Positions 28,263-37,597 of a stretch of DNA of 64,000 nt are shown piece by piece. The notes beneath the pieces are model-generated. The model worked only from the letters and a program-made list of their open reading frames with translations. It had not been told where the DNA came from and did not search any database. The position numbers and the translations under genes are program-made. The stretch is from NCBI RefSeq assembly GCF_003018255.1, contig NZ_CP027440.1. One strand, 5' to 3'. How positions within the stretch are numbered: position 1 is the stretch's first letter; each line of letters starts with the position of its first letter. Origin of the DNA: Escherichia coli. GTDB taxonomy: Bacteria; Pseudomonadota; Gammaproteobacteria; Enterobacterales; Enterobacteriaceae.

Positions 28263-28300
28263 GTTACGCTGTCTCATGATGTTCTCTGAGTCAGCGTAAC
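28263..28300 (-). promoter_or_regulatory. Inverted repeat between mor/C-like gene and lys (candidate late promoter activator site or terminator)
   Basis: gttacgctg (28263-28271) ... cagcgtaac (28292-28300), 9-bp arms. Confidence 0.3.
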
Positions 28301-28332
28301 GGTGAAGGAGAGGCGGCAGGCTTTGCGGAATA

Positions 28333-28758
28333 TCAGAAAAGTGGCGGTTGCGTTCTTGCCAGATGCAGACGGCGCTGTTCGCGTATGACGGTATAAATCT
28401 GGGTTTCTGACATCCGGTAATGGCGGCGAAGGGATTCAATTTTCTCGCCCCGGTCCCAGCGCGAAAATATCTCATTGTTTCGCAGCTCGGCAAAGAGAGA
28501 TTCCCCGACCGGCAGGTAATAACCCCGTCCGCCCATATAGGCTGCCTGAGCCGCAGCCACCTTGCGTGCCAGTTTACCGGCCAGTACCGGCTCAATCCCC
28601 TGACGCTGAAGTTCTGCGCCGGTGACTTCAACCAGTTCTGACAGGGTCCGCGGCCAGTTCTTTTTGAGAACATCATCAGGGATGTCATCAAGGCGGTCGA
28701 TAAGGGCGTGCAGTTGCTCACTGTCACCACCAAACATGCTCATCTGAGTTTCTGCCAT
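28333..28758 (-). CDS. Mor/C-family transcriptional activator
   Basis: 141 aa with C-terminal HTH; resembles Mu Mor. Confidence 0.8.
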   Translation of the reverse strand: MAETQMSMFGGDSEQLHALIDRLDDIPDDVLKKNWPRTLSELVEVTGAELQRQGIEPVLAGKLARKVAAAQAAYMGGRGYYLPVGESLFAELRNNEIFSRWDRGEKIESLRRHYRMSETQIYTVIREQRRLHLARTQPPLF

Positions 28759-28827
28759 ATCAGCCTCCGGTTCTCGCGTTCCCGGTAAGTTTAAAATAAA
28801 AATCCCGCGTTGTGGCGGGATTTGGAG

Positions 28828-29337
28828 TTAACGGGGAAGTGATTTTTCATACTGCCTGCAAACGGCGTCATACCCCATCAGCGTGCGTTCGGGCATTCCC
28901 ATCGCGGCCAGCATTTTGCGGCGGTGCCATCGCTTGAGACGCTCCAGCACATCTGAGGCCAGGGCGGGGTGTTGCTCCAGCCACTGCCAGTTTGCCACAC
29001 CTTCGCCGCCGTTTTGCGCGGCCGTCTGCGATTTCACCCAGCGGTTAAGGGCGGTTTCCGCACCATCGGTGATAAAGCCCTGCCGGTGCATCACCTTCCA
29101 GATGGCGCGAATTTTGGCGGTCACCGTACCCGGTTTTAAGGCCCGGTTAACCGGGTTCTGACGCACTTTAAAACCGCGTTTTTTGAAAACATCCAGCACG
29201 CGGGATAACTCATCCGGTGACATATCCCGGCAGCTGGTTTTGCCGGTGGCTGCCAGCAGCGCGGATGTATAAGTCTCATCATCCAGGGCAAGCTCGCGCT
29301 TTGCCACATGAATGGCGGATATCAGTTTTCCTCTCAT
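28828..29337 (-). CDS. gemA: GemA-like protein (Mu gp16)
   Basis: 169 aa; position immediately upstream of mor-like gene. Confidence 0.7.
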   Translation of the reverse strand: MRGKLISAIHVAKRELALDDETYTSALLAATGKTSCRDMSPDELSRVLDVFKKRGFKVRQNPVNRALKPGTVTAKIRAIWKVMHRQGFITDGAETALNRWVKSQTAAQNGGEGVANWQWLEQHPALASDVLERLKRWHRRKMLAAMGMPERTLMGYDAVCRQYEKSLPR

Positions 29338-29630
29338 ACCGTATTTACCTTTTTACGGACATGGAAAGCCTTTTCTGCCTCATCCCACCGGGCATGGTGT
29401 GTTGGTGGAATAATCATTATGTGCCAGCCATCTCTGGTTGTTATCCGGCAGAAAAATTCACCGCTATATAACACAATGGCCTGCTGAATGAGCGCATCAG
29501 CCGCCCGTTCAACCGGATGTCTTTTATCAAAAAAGCAGATGATTTTTCGACATAACCACCGGGTAATAACAAATGCGCCGAAAAAGGATGTGATATATAA
29601 GCACCAGAACAACAGAGAACTATTGTCCAT
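29334..29630 (-). CDS. Hypothetical early protein with N-terminal TM helix
   Basis: ORF coupled in early operon. Confidence 0.5.
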   Translation of the reverse strand: MDNSSLLFWCLYITSFFGAFVITRWLCRKIICFFDKRHPVERAADALIQQAIVLYSGEFFCRITTRDGWHIMIIPPTHHARWDEAEKAFHVRKKVNTV

Positions 29631-29817
29631 TATCTTTCTCCTTATTCAGTCTTCTGCGACATTCGGCACAGTCATCAGGGCTTTCAAATGTATCCGGCTC
29701 GCGATTATGAGCCAGATATAACCACCGCCTACATATACTGATATTATCGCCAGTTTTAAAAAAATGATGCTTCTTAGCCATCAGAGGGCGCGCCCATCCA
29801 GCGGGTAGACTATTCAT
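29620..29817 (-). CDS. Hypothetical small early protein (Cys-containing)
   Basis: 65-aa ORF coupled in early operon. Confidence 0.45.
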   Translation of the reverse strand: MNSLPAGWARPLMAKKHHFFKTGDNISICRRWLYLAHNREPDTFESPDDCAECRRRLNKEKDNGQ

Positions 29818-30184
29818 TTGCTTTATCCTCCATACTGGACAAAATCATCTGTATTAATGTCGGGCGTGGAGATATACGCATTTCATTAAGCGTCTGAAGG
29901 GCAGCAACAGCTGCCTGTTTATCGGTGCCTTTGGCAATTTCCGCAAGAGAATGCACAATCCATAACGGACTTAACGCCACGACTGAATCCAGAATCATGT
30001 CATCCATAATAATTTCTGACACATCCCGCTTATCACATTCCTTATCCATAAAAGAAACGATTTTTTCCACATCTTCCGGTTTCATGCCTCCGGCGATAAG
30101 AAATTTGCGATACTCATAAGACGATCTTAATTCAATACTCATATTCATCTCCTGTAACTCTGACAAGGACGTGATTTTTCTCAT
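29810..30184 (-). CDS. Hypothetical early protein
   Basis: 124-aa ORF. Confidence 0.5.
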   Translation of the reverse strand: MRKITSLSELQEMNMSIELRSSYEYRKFLIAGGMKPEDVEKIVSFMDKECDKRDVSEIIMDDMILDSVVALSPLWIVHSLAEIAKGTDKQAAVAALQTLNEMRISPRPTLIQMILSSMEDKANE

Positions 30185-30366
30185 TTATGTTTTCCAGTAA
30201 TACGGATATATATGTCGATAAGAAGATTCATAATAAACAGGAAGAGCGACATCCTGATAAAGAACCAAATATCTGGCATCATGGACAGGTTTCCTGTAAT
30301 CGCAAATATAACCCCCCCCCCCAACACCGGAACGAAAATTGCGAAAAATACAAGTCTCTTTATCAT
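30181..30366 (-). CDS. Small two-TM membrane protein containing an 11-nt poly-G tract
   Basis: MIKRLVFFAIFVPVLGGGVIFAI...; C11 run on plus strand at 30312-30322. Confidence 0.5.
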   Translation of the reverse strand: MIKRLVFFAIFVPVLGGGVIFAITGNLSMMPDIWFFIRMSLFLFIMNLLIDIYIRITGKHK

Positions 30367-30914
30367 GGCGTTAACTCCCGTAATACAGCGTCCTCGGCAG
30401 TCCGGCGATGGTGATAAATAAAATTCACCGTACTCTCGGATAATTCAAATTTCTCGCCTATTTCCCGGAAGGTAAGACGTCGTGGTGATTCAGCATCCCG
30501 TAATTCACGAATAAGATGAACATCATCGTCAGGTATACGGGTGAAGGGCAGCAATTCTCCGTATTTTTTCATGCTTACGCCAATATATCGCGCCCGATTG
30601 TGGACAGAATCCCGGTCTCGCCCCAGATATTCTCCTATTTGCTTACCGGTCATCGTTCTGGCATTTTTTCGGATAAATTTATCTTCATCATGTTTAAATC
30701 TTGGACGTTTGCATTTGAGCAACTCCGGGTAAGTACCGCGTAATAAAACAATCCGGTTATGTACACCCCAGAAACTTCTTTTTACCCTGACAGCAATATC
30801 CTTAACCGGGGTGGATGGATAAAGCGCAATCAGCAGCGCATCTTCTTCAGGTGTCCACGCACGGACATGAGCAGGTGCCTGACCTTTTCGCCCCATGGGT
30901 TGTAAAATCATCAT
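30363..30914 (-). CDS. Hypothetical early protein with C-terminal HTH-like segment
   Basis: LTFREIGEKFELSESTVNFIYHHRR helix-turn-helix-like. Confidence 0.5.
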   Translation of the reverse strand: MMILQPMGRKGQAPAHVRAWTPEEDALLIALYPSTPVKDIAVRVKRSFWGVHNRIVLLRGTYPELLKCKRPRFKHDEDKFIRKNARTMTGKQIGEYLGRDRDSVHNRARYIGVSMKKYGELLPFTRIPDDDVHLIRELRDAESPRRLTFREIGEKFELSESTVNFIYHHRRTAEDAVLRELTP

Positions 30915-30917
30915 ACA

Positions 30918-31433
30918 TCACCCCCTGACTCGCTTTTCAGCAGCATAAAACTCATCAGACAGAATTTCGGTCATTTTCTGATTTGCGGGTTTTACGCCGC
31001 ACTCAAGGTAAATCACATCGTCAACGCAGAACCACTTCACAGGGCCAAACATGATTGCCGAGAAATCAATACCCAGCCAGAACAACAGTGCATCGGTTCT
31101 GGCATACGTGACGGGCGAATATTCACGCCACAGACTGTTAAGTTCGTCAGAGGCAACGCGCAGGGCTTTGGGAATACGTGATGTGCGCGGTGTGCAGCTC
31201 CAGCCATTCGACGCAGTCGGTTTTCGCCATAAGTCGCGATGAAAAGGATATTTGTCATCCATAAAGCGCAGCCCTTTAAAACAAAAGCCACTGATACCGG
31301 ATACAAATACCGACCGGCACGCAACATTCAGCACGGCCTCAAGGCGTTTTGCCTCATCCTTAACTTTCTGGCAGTCCTGCTGATATTTTTGCCACGCGGC
31401 CAGCGCGGAAGGGTTTGATGTTTTAAAGAACAT
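30918..31433 (-). CDS. Hypothetical early protein
   Basis: 171-aa ORF. Confidence 0.5.
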   Translation of the reverse strand: MFFKTSNPSALAAWQKYQQDCQKVKDEAKRLEAVLNVACRSVFVSGISGFCFKGLRFMDDKYPFHRDLWRKPTASNGWSCTPRTSRIPKALRVASDELNSLWREYSPVTYARTDALLFWLGIDFSAIMFGPVKWFCVDDVIYLECGVKPANQKMTEILSDEFYAAEKRVRG

Positions 31434-31966
31434 TACGCCACCTCCGCAGATATCCCGGCAGGCGCGGCCGTCCGGTCAACAATCAGGTAACGCAGAACGC
31501 GCGAGGTGATATTCCAGCCGCTTAAACCGCAGATAATGACACCCAGGCGTATGTCGATATACGCCATCACAAACTGGGGCACGCCTTCTTTCATGGCCTG
31601 CTCATCAACTTCAGCCACCACATAAACGGTTTCACAGGTCAGAACGCCCTGAGCAAATTCCCACGCCATTGACGGAATATCATGCCCCTCAATCCACGGC
31701 AGGGATTTTCTGAAGCTGCACCACTGAACATCATCAGCCGCACCTTCCTGGCTGCATTTGCGACGAACCGGCTGCACCGGGCGGGGACGCGGAATATCAT
31801 AAAAACCGTTACATTCCGTCAGCACCCCGGCATCGACCGCATCACGCAGAAAATAAACCATCGAGGATGGCGGCATATTCATTTTTTCAGCCAGAATGCC
31901 GCAGGTCAGACGCCCGTAAATACTCAGCCAGTTTTTAACCCCTTCAAGCACTTTTGCATCAATCAT
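31433..31966 (-). CDS. Hypothetical early protein (possible N-terminal winged-helix)
   Basis: 177-aa ORF. Confidence 0.5.
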   Translation of the reverse strand: MIDAKVLEGVKNWLSIYGRLTCGILAEKMNMPPSSMVYFLRDAVDAGVLTECNGFYDIPRPRPVQPVRRKCSQEGAADDVQWCSFRKSLPWIEGHDIPSMAWEFAQGVLTCETVYVVAEVDEQAMKEGVPQFVMAYIDIRLGVIICGLSGWNITSRVLRYLIVDRTAAPAGISAEVA

Positions 31967-31969
31967 GAA

Positions 31970-32512
31970 TTATTCCTCCGTCAGCGCCACATATTCAGAA
32001 TGTTTAATCTCCTGGCATTCTTCAGGAATACCCCCTTTTATTTCCCTGCCATAAGCGCCTACTTTAAACACCACGCACAGGGCATCACGGGAGAGCGACG
32101 GGGTCCACCAGGAGTCCATGTTAAACATGGAGGGGATTCTCATTACCCCCAGCTTTTCACAGAGCCAGACAAGGAAATCAGGACGCTTTCTTAACTCGCG
32201 TTCAGCGGCTTCAATCATTGCGGCAATCGCCGGTCCTTCAGGGCATGACTCATCAGGTCTGGCAATAAAGCACGGTCCGTCCCCGATAAAAGCCACATCA
32301 TCGCGCTTACGCCAGCCCGCAGGCAGAGCACCAGAAAAATAAAACTCACTGATTACGTCCATGGCAAACGGCTTTAAGCGCAATCCGGCAGCGCCTGTAT
32401 TTTTCAGTAATGCCCGAAGAATACTGTTGCGTAGCGGTAAAACAGTCTGTTGATATTTGGTGAAATATTTATTTGTCTGCACACGGTCTAATTTGAAATA
32501 AAAATATGCCAT
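31970..32512 (-). CDS. Hypothetical early protein
   Basis: 180-aa ORF. Confidence 0.5.
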   Translation of the reverse strand: MAYFYFKLDRVQTNKYFTKYQQTVLPLRNSILRALLKNTGAAGLRLKPFAMDVISEFYFSGALPAGWRKRDDVAFIGDGPCFIARPDESCPEGPAIAAMIEAAERELRKRPDFLVWLCEKLGVMRIPSMFNMDSWWTPSLSRDALCVVFKVGAYGREIKGGIPEECQEIKHSEYVALTEE

Positions 32513-32609
32513 ATATCCTGTTCCTTATTTTCAGTTTACAGGCGCAGGCAGTCCCCTGACGCGAGCGCCATACTTAAAACGATGTGATATTTAAAGATTT
32601 AATGCGGTG

Positions 32610-33140
32610 TTATTTATTCAGTCCGGCGTCCTGTTCAAAAGGCTCGACATAAAAACTTTCAGCGCCTTTATTCACCTTAATACCGGCAATGCCTTTCACT
32701 GCATCCGGCTCCGCCAGGACCGCTTCCTTGTTCACTTCCTCTTTCGTGCGGATGAATCGCTCAAGCCCCATACGGCGCAGCATTTCAATCACACCTTCCA
32801 CATCACGGCTGACGCTGCATGATGGATTTCCCAGCCGCCATGATACTGTTCCGGTGGTCAGATTGGCTGTTTTGGTTTTGCCGCCGTTCGTCAGCTCATC
32901 GCGGTTGGTTTTGCACCAGTCCTGAATCCCCTTAAAAAGCACTTTGATTTCTTTTTTAAGGTTTTCAATCTGCGGCGTATAACGGGCGGTGATTTCTGCC
33001 ACTTCATCATTCATCGCCGTTTCCAGCCGCAGCGCCTCTCGCTGAATATCGCCCAGGGTACGGATATCGCGGCTGACTTCTTCGCGGGTCTGCGGTGCAG
33101 CCTCGGCTGCGGCCTTTAATTTTGTAACACGTTTAGCCAT
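32610..33140 (-). CDS. gam: Gam host-nuclease inhibitor (DNA-end binding)
   Basis: 176 aa, MAKRVTKLKAAAEAAPQTREEVSRDIRTLGDIQRE... matches Mu Gam. Confidence 0.85.
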   Translation of the reverse strand: MAKRVTKLKAAAEAAPQTREEVSRDIRTLGDIQREALRLETAMNDEVAEITARYTPQIENLKKEIKVLFKGIQDWCKTNRDELTNGGKTKTANLTTGTVSWRLGNPSCSVSRDVEGVIEMLRRMGLERFIRTKEEVNKEAVLAEPDAVKGIAGIKVNKGAESFYVEPFEQDAGLNK

Positions 33141-33151
33141 TTTGTTTTTCC

Positions 33152-33445
33152 TTATTGCAGTGTGCCTGATGCTTTATGCACGCGGTGGCGTTTAATGATG
33201 GCATCCGCCCCAAAAGCCTGTACAGATGCCTGAAATTCCGCTGAGAGAAACTGAATAATTTCAGGACTGTGATACTGGAGAATACTTGCATAAACGTCAC
33301 AGAGTGACGTCGGCCTGTTATTCGTATCACGTTCTGTTTTTACATCCACACCAATCTTTTCATGCACTTCAACACAGTCATTGCCTGCCGGTTTTTCGTC
33401 ATGCGAAACATGCTTAAATTCAAAAATAACGCGTACTTTGCTCAT
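33152..33445 (-). CDS. Small hypothetical protein, paralogue A (start MSKVRVIFEFK)
   Basis: N-terminus nearly identical to adjacent gene. Confidence 0.5.
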   Translation of the reverse strand: MSKVRVIFEFKHVSHDEKPAGNDCVEVHEKIGVDVKTERDTNNRPTSLCDVYASILQYHSPEIIQFLSAEFQASVQAFGADAIIKRHRVHKASGTLQ

Positions 33446-33449
33446 GGAA

Positions 33450-33722
33450 TTACCCCTGCTGATTAAATTCATTACCTTTAATAACCCCGGAACGCATGCT
33501 CATATCTTTCATGAGCGCACTGGCTTTCATTGCCACAAGTTCAGCAAAGTCTCTGCTTTCCGCGAGCATAACCACCCCAAAAATCATGGCGGGTCCATCA
33601 CCTTTCTGCTTTATCCCGGTTGAACGTATGTCCAGACTTACCCCCATGCGCACTGTTCCATCAGCGTTTTTATGGATAACGTGCTCCTTGTATTCGAAAA
33701 TAATGCGTACGACTTTACTCAT
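33450..33722 (-). CDS. Small hypothetical protein, paralogue B (start MSKVVRIIFEYK)
   Basis: Tandem diverged duplicate of 33152-33445. Confidence 0.5.
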   Translation of the reverse strand: MSKVVRIIFEYKEHVIHKNADGTVRMGVSLDIRSTGIKQKGDGPAMIFGVVMLAESRDFAELVAMKASALMKDMSMRSGVIKGNEFNQQG

Positions 33723-34000
33723 CCTCTGGTCCTCGTTCTGTTTGGATAACTGACCCGGCGTCTGACCTCACGGCAGAACCGAATCATGGCATTAAAGGCT
33801 TCTTCCTCCGTCACCGCTTCCGGTATCCCCGGAACCAGTAACTGCTCCTGTTCATCACGTCCATGACGCGCCATAACCTCAATCACATGCCGTACCGTGG
33901 CAGGCTTTCCGGCAACTATCGGCAATGCACCTTCCGGCAGGACGTAACCAAACTCAATAAGACCACTCGACCACGCCCATGCAATGAGATTTTTTTTCAC
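33719..34000 (-). CDS. Hypothetical early protein
   Basis: 93-aa ORF. Confidence 0.45.
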   Translation of the reverse strand: MKKNLIAWAWSSGLIEFGYVLPEGALPIVAGKPATVRHVIEVMARHGRDEQEQLLVPGIPEAVTEEEAFNAMIRFCREVRRRVSYPNRTRTRG

Positions 34001-34001
34001 C

Positions 34002-34268
34002 TCACACCTCCCAGTAAACCGTGCAGCCGCTGATGCGGGTGGCCTTCACACGGCGGCGCAGGCCGTTGGTCTGTATGGTGATTTCAATTTCACCGGTTCC
34101 CTGCACGTTGCCTACCGGCGGCGTGGTTTTCAGTGCAAAACGTTGCGGATAGCGCTTACTGCGTTCCAGTACCGCACCGGCAAGTTCGGTCAGACGGCGC
34201 GCGCTGTTCAGGGAGTCGAATAAATTCATTTTGTTACCGCAGGATTGCATATTCATATAACACCTCAT
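34002..34268 (-). CDS. Hypothetical early protein
   Basis: 88-aa ORF. Confidence 0.4.
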   Translation of the reverse strand: MRCYMNMQSCGNKMNLFDSLNSARRLTELAGAVLERSKRYPQRFALKTTPPVGNVQGTGEIEITIQTNGLRRRVKATRISGCTVYWEV

Positions 34269-34496
34269 TTAGCTGACTTGTTTCGCACCAACAGAACGGC
34301 ATATTCCGCTGTAAACGTCTGTCGCACCTTCGCGATCAAGTCCGGCAGATATCACCATTCGTGTGCGGTCATTAAATTCAAAAAGAAAATCGCCACATTC
34401 TTTATTTTCGGCCAGTGAAATCACCTTCACGTTATCGAAATTAACCAGGTAAAAGCGTCCGTAAATATCAGGAATATTAAATACCGCCATAATCAC
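34269..34496 (-). CDS. Hypothetical early protein at kil position (directly after B)
   Basis: 75-aa ORF; position only. Confidence 0.4.
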   Translation of the reverse strand: MIMAVFNIPDIYGRFYLVNFDNVKVISLAENKECGDFLFEFNDRTRMVISAGLDREGATDVYSGICRSVGAKQVS

Positions 34497-35425
34497 ACCT
34501 GTGAGAGTAATTCAGGGTTGGTATAAACCTCTTTAAAGGCCGCATTAATATGTTTTTCTGTCAGCGCCGCGCCTTCACCGCTGGCGGTGAGCCACGCCTG
34601 GTTAAGCGTATGTGTCAGAACGCGTAACGCTCCCGGCTTTTCAGCGATAGCCTGCATGACGGCCAGCTCGGCCTCACCACTGATCCCCCACGCCCTGGCA
34701 ATGGCCAGCACATCCGCCTTTTTGGCCTTGCGAAGTTGTTTTGTACGGGCAAGACGGCTGAACAGGCGCGATAAATCATCAAAGGCGCGGCGTCCACCTT
34801 TAAACAATCCGCGCGGGTTACCAATAAGCACCATCCCGATCCCCGTGGCGTCCTGAATTGCCCGGAGTTGCTCCAGACCGTCAATACCAAGATGATCCGC
34901 CTCATCCACAATCACCAGTCCACGCGTTCCCATCAGGCGACGGCGGATGGCGCGGGATAATGCCCCTTTGTTCGCGCGGGTGTAATCAATCCCCAGCGCA
35001 TCGGCCAGCTCCAGCAGACACTCCGTGACGCTGGAGTGCGCGGGTGACAGGGTGATCATCCAGGTGTTTGGTTGCTCCTGGCAGTAATTACGGGCAGTGG
35101 CCGTTTTACCCACACCCGGTACGCCCACAATAACGTTAATACAGCCCATCAGACGAACCGCCTGAAACAGTGCGCGCAGCTCCTGGACTGTCTGCGTTTC
35201 CACAAACTGCGGCGGTTCCGGCAGTGCGCTTTGTTTATTCCAGTTCTCATACCAGGAACGCAGGGAAGCAGCCACAGCAGCGTTATCGCCTTTATATTTT
35301 CCCTTACGGAAAGCCGATAATGTGCCGTCGGAAATTCCCGCCTCTCTGGCGATGGCATACTGCGTCAGTACGCCGCCATCAATAAGTTCATCAATGGTCT
35401 TGATTACATCGTTAATATCAGTCAT
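34493..35425 (-). CDS. Transposition ATPase B (MuB-like, AAA+)
   Basis: Walker A GVPGVGKT, N-terminal HTH-like region; directly downstream of transposase. Confidence 0.9.
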   Translation of the reverse strand: MTDINDVIKTIDELIDGGVLTQYAIAREAGISDGTLSAFRKGKYKGDNAAVAASLRSWYENWNKQSALPEPPQFVETQTVQELRALFQAVRLMGCINVIVGVPGVGKTATARNYCQEQPNTWMITLSPAHSSVTECLLELADALGIDYTRANKGALSRAIRRRLMGTRGLVIVDEADHLGIDGLEQLRAIQDATGIGMVLIGNPRGLFKGGRRAFDDLSRLFSRLARTKQLRKAKKADVLAIARAWGISGEAELAVMQAIAEKPGALRVLTHTLNQAWLTASGEGAALTEKHINAAFKEVYTNPELLSQV

Positions 35426-35496
35426 ATTATTAACCTCTCATTTGATACCTTGTTTAATCAAATAACCTGAGTCGCCGCTCGGGTTATTTTTTTATT

Positions 35497-37587
35497 TCAG
35501 GCCAGCGGGTCATTTTCTTTTAATTTCGCTTCCAGCAACTGCAATCCCCGCTGGAAATTACGCTCGTATTCTTCATCAGGTTCATCGTCAGCGACCGGTT
35601 GCTGAACGGTCACCGTATTACCCACAGGGCGGTATATGTTTTCCAGCCAGGGCTCCTGCGGCTTGTGCTCCAGCACGTTGACAACCTCATCCTCGGCATC
35701 ACGGATTTTTTCCTCTGCGCGTTTACGCATGCCTTTAAGGCGTTGCTGCTGTTTGTAGTATTCCGCGCTAACCGGGAAGGCTTCGCGTTTATTACCGTCC
35801 CATACCGCCTCGCAAATCACGCTGCCATCCAGGCGACGTACGGTAATTCGTTCGGCATCATGAATGTCATAGCTGATAAGCACCTTACGACCATGCTCGT
35901 CACGCAGCTCGGGCGCGTAGTAAATATTATTCAGCCAGCGTATTTCACAGCGTCTTACAGGGCGTTCCACCATCGGCCGGAACATATCCCGCAGCTCAAC
36001 ATCGGACAGCCATTCAATTTCCGTGTCCTCTTCCGCCAGGCGTTTTTTTCTGAACTCCGCCGGGCTGTAATGCTTGCCGTTCGGCTTCACCGGTAATTCA
36101 TCGTGCGGCCGGTTGTTGTACCACTCAACACCGTCACGAATGGCATCAATCAGTTCAGACCAGGACGGTAAATCACGCATCGCTGACTGCTGCCGGGCGT
36201 TCAGCCGTTTGCCCTGTTGCAGGGCAGTAAATGCCGAGCGTAAATCGCGGTTGGTTTTGCGTAACGTCTCGCGATCTGCACCTTTCCCGAAATAGGTGCG
36301 GTATTTACGGGCTATGCGCATCGGTAATGTGCGGTTAAGCCGTTCGATAATGCCTCGTCCCTGCGGATTACCGGCAATCCCGGTCGGGTGATTAATCCCC
36401 AGTCGCGGCAGTATCCCCACAACCTCCTTATCCAGGATGTCGGCGGTTTCCCCGGAGCCGTTATCCGAGTAATACAGAAACGGTTTGCCGTGATGGCGAA
36501 TGCCGTGCTGTATGGCACCGGCTACGGCGAAAACATTTTCAGCCAGGTCAAGGCTCCAGCCCACCACAAAGCGCGTGCCACCGTCGATAACAAAGGTCAC
36601 TTCCGGTGCAAATGGCCGACCGTGAACCGGGTGTGCGCATTTCAGCTTCATGCCGTGACCGTCACCAATCCAGACATAATTCACCGGCATTCTGGACCAG
36701 TCGCGGCGCGTGAATCCCTCAAGCTGGCGGTATTCACTGCCGGTCACCCGGCCTTTTTGTTTCACCACTTCCGGCAGTTTCTTCATTGCGCGGCGAATGG
36801 TGTCATAAGACGGCATGATATCGAGCATATAAGGCTCATCAGCGTGCCGGTGCTGCCATTCAGCGACAAAATCCTCGTAAGCCTCGGTCATTGGTCGGCC
36901 GTTTGACTGGCGATACTGCGCCAGAAATTCGGGCAGCCAGTTAATATCTTCAGCTTTTATTTCCTGGCGCTTACCCGGTGCCAGTAAAAGCAGGCGTTCA
37001 GCGGCGTTCTGCGCCTTGTTAAAGGCCGCAATCCAGCGTTTCAGCGTTATTTCACTCAACGCACGGCTGTTTCCCTTTTTGGCGTTCGCCGTCTCAACCA
37101 TTGCCACAATGCGCTCGTCCAGTTGCGAACGTGCCAGGTTGTCAACGATAAACCGGATAGCTTTCGCACAGCTGAAACCGGGTTGTTGCGCGACTTTCAT
37201 CACTTCGCTGACGATCGCAATTCGTGCATCAGCCACCTGGCGCTGGTTTTCAGTCAGGGCATTAAGGCGTTCAACCATCAGTTGTGGTGATCCGCGATAT
37301 GCCTCCACCGCATCAACCACGGCAGGCGAGCGTCTGGCCTTTGTCACCACCGGAGCCGGTGATTCATCAGCTTTTTGCGTCATCAGTTGAAGGGCATAAC
37401 GTTCACGCAATACTTGTTGCGCGCCAGAAGGCAAACAATCGATATTAAATTCGATTGCTTTTGTCCCCTTACGTTTGCGTAACATGGCTGCATTTCCCGC
37501 AGCTGCTTTTGTGAGTCGATGGCGAATGTTATGTTCCATCATTGGTAAATCAGGAAGACCAACACATTCTTTTGCTGTTACCCACAT
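35497..37587 (-). CDS. DDE transposase A (MuA-like)
   Basis: 696 aa, N-terminal MWVTAKECVGLPDLP resembles MuA. Confidence 0.9.
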   Translation of the reverse strand: MWVTAKECVGLPDLPMMEHNIRHRLTKAAAGNAAMLRKRKGTKAIEFNIDCLPSGAQQVLRERYALQLMTQKADESPAPVVTKARRSPAVVDAVEAYRGSPQLMVERLNALTENQRQVADARIAIVSEVMKVAQQPGFSCAKAIRFIVDNLARSQLDERIVAMVETANAKKGNSRALSEITLKRWIAAFNKAQNAAERLLLLAPGKRQEIKAEDINWLPEFLAQYRQSNGRPMTEAYEDFVAEWQHRHADEPYMLDIMPSYDTIRRAMKKLPEVVKQKGRVTGSEYRQLEGFTRRDWSRMPVNYVWIGDGHGMKLKCAHPVHGRPFAPEVTFVIDGGTRFVVGWSLDLAENVFAVAGAIQHGIRHHGKPFLYYSDNGSGETADILDKEVVGILPRLGINHPTGIAGNPQGRGIIERLNRTLPMRIARKYRTYFGKGADRETLRKTNRDLRSAFTALQQGKRLNARQQSAMRDLPSWSELIDAIRDGVEWYNNRPHDELPVKPNGKHYSPAEFRKKRLAEEDTEIEWLSDVELRDMFRPMVERPVRRCEIRWLNNIYYAPELRDEHGRKVLISYDIHDAERITVRRLDGSVICEAVWDGNKREAFPVSAEYYKQQQRLKGMRKRAEEKIRDAEDEVVNVLEHKPQEPWLENIYRPVGNTVTVQQPVADDEPDEEYERNFQRGLQLLEAKLKENDPLA

Positions 37588-37597
37588 ACATCCCCCA

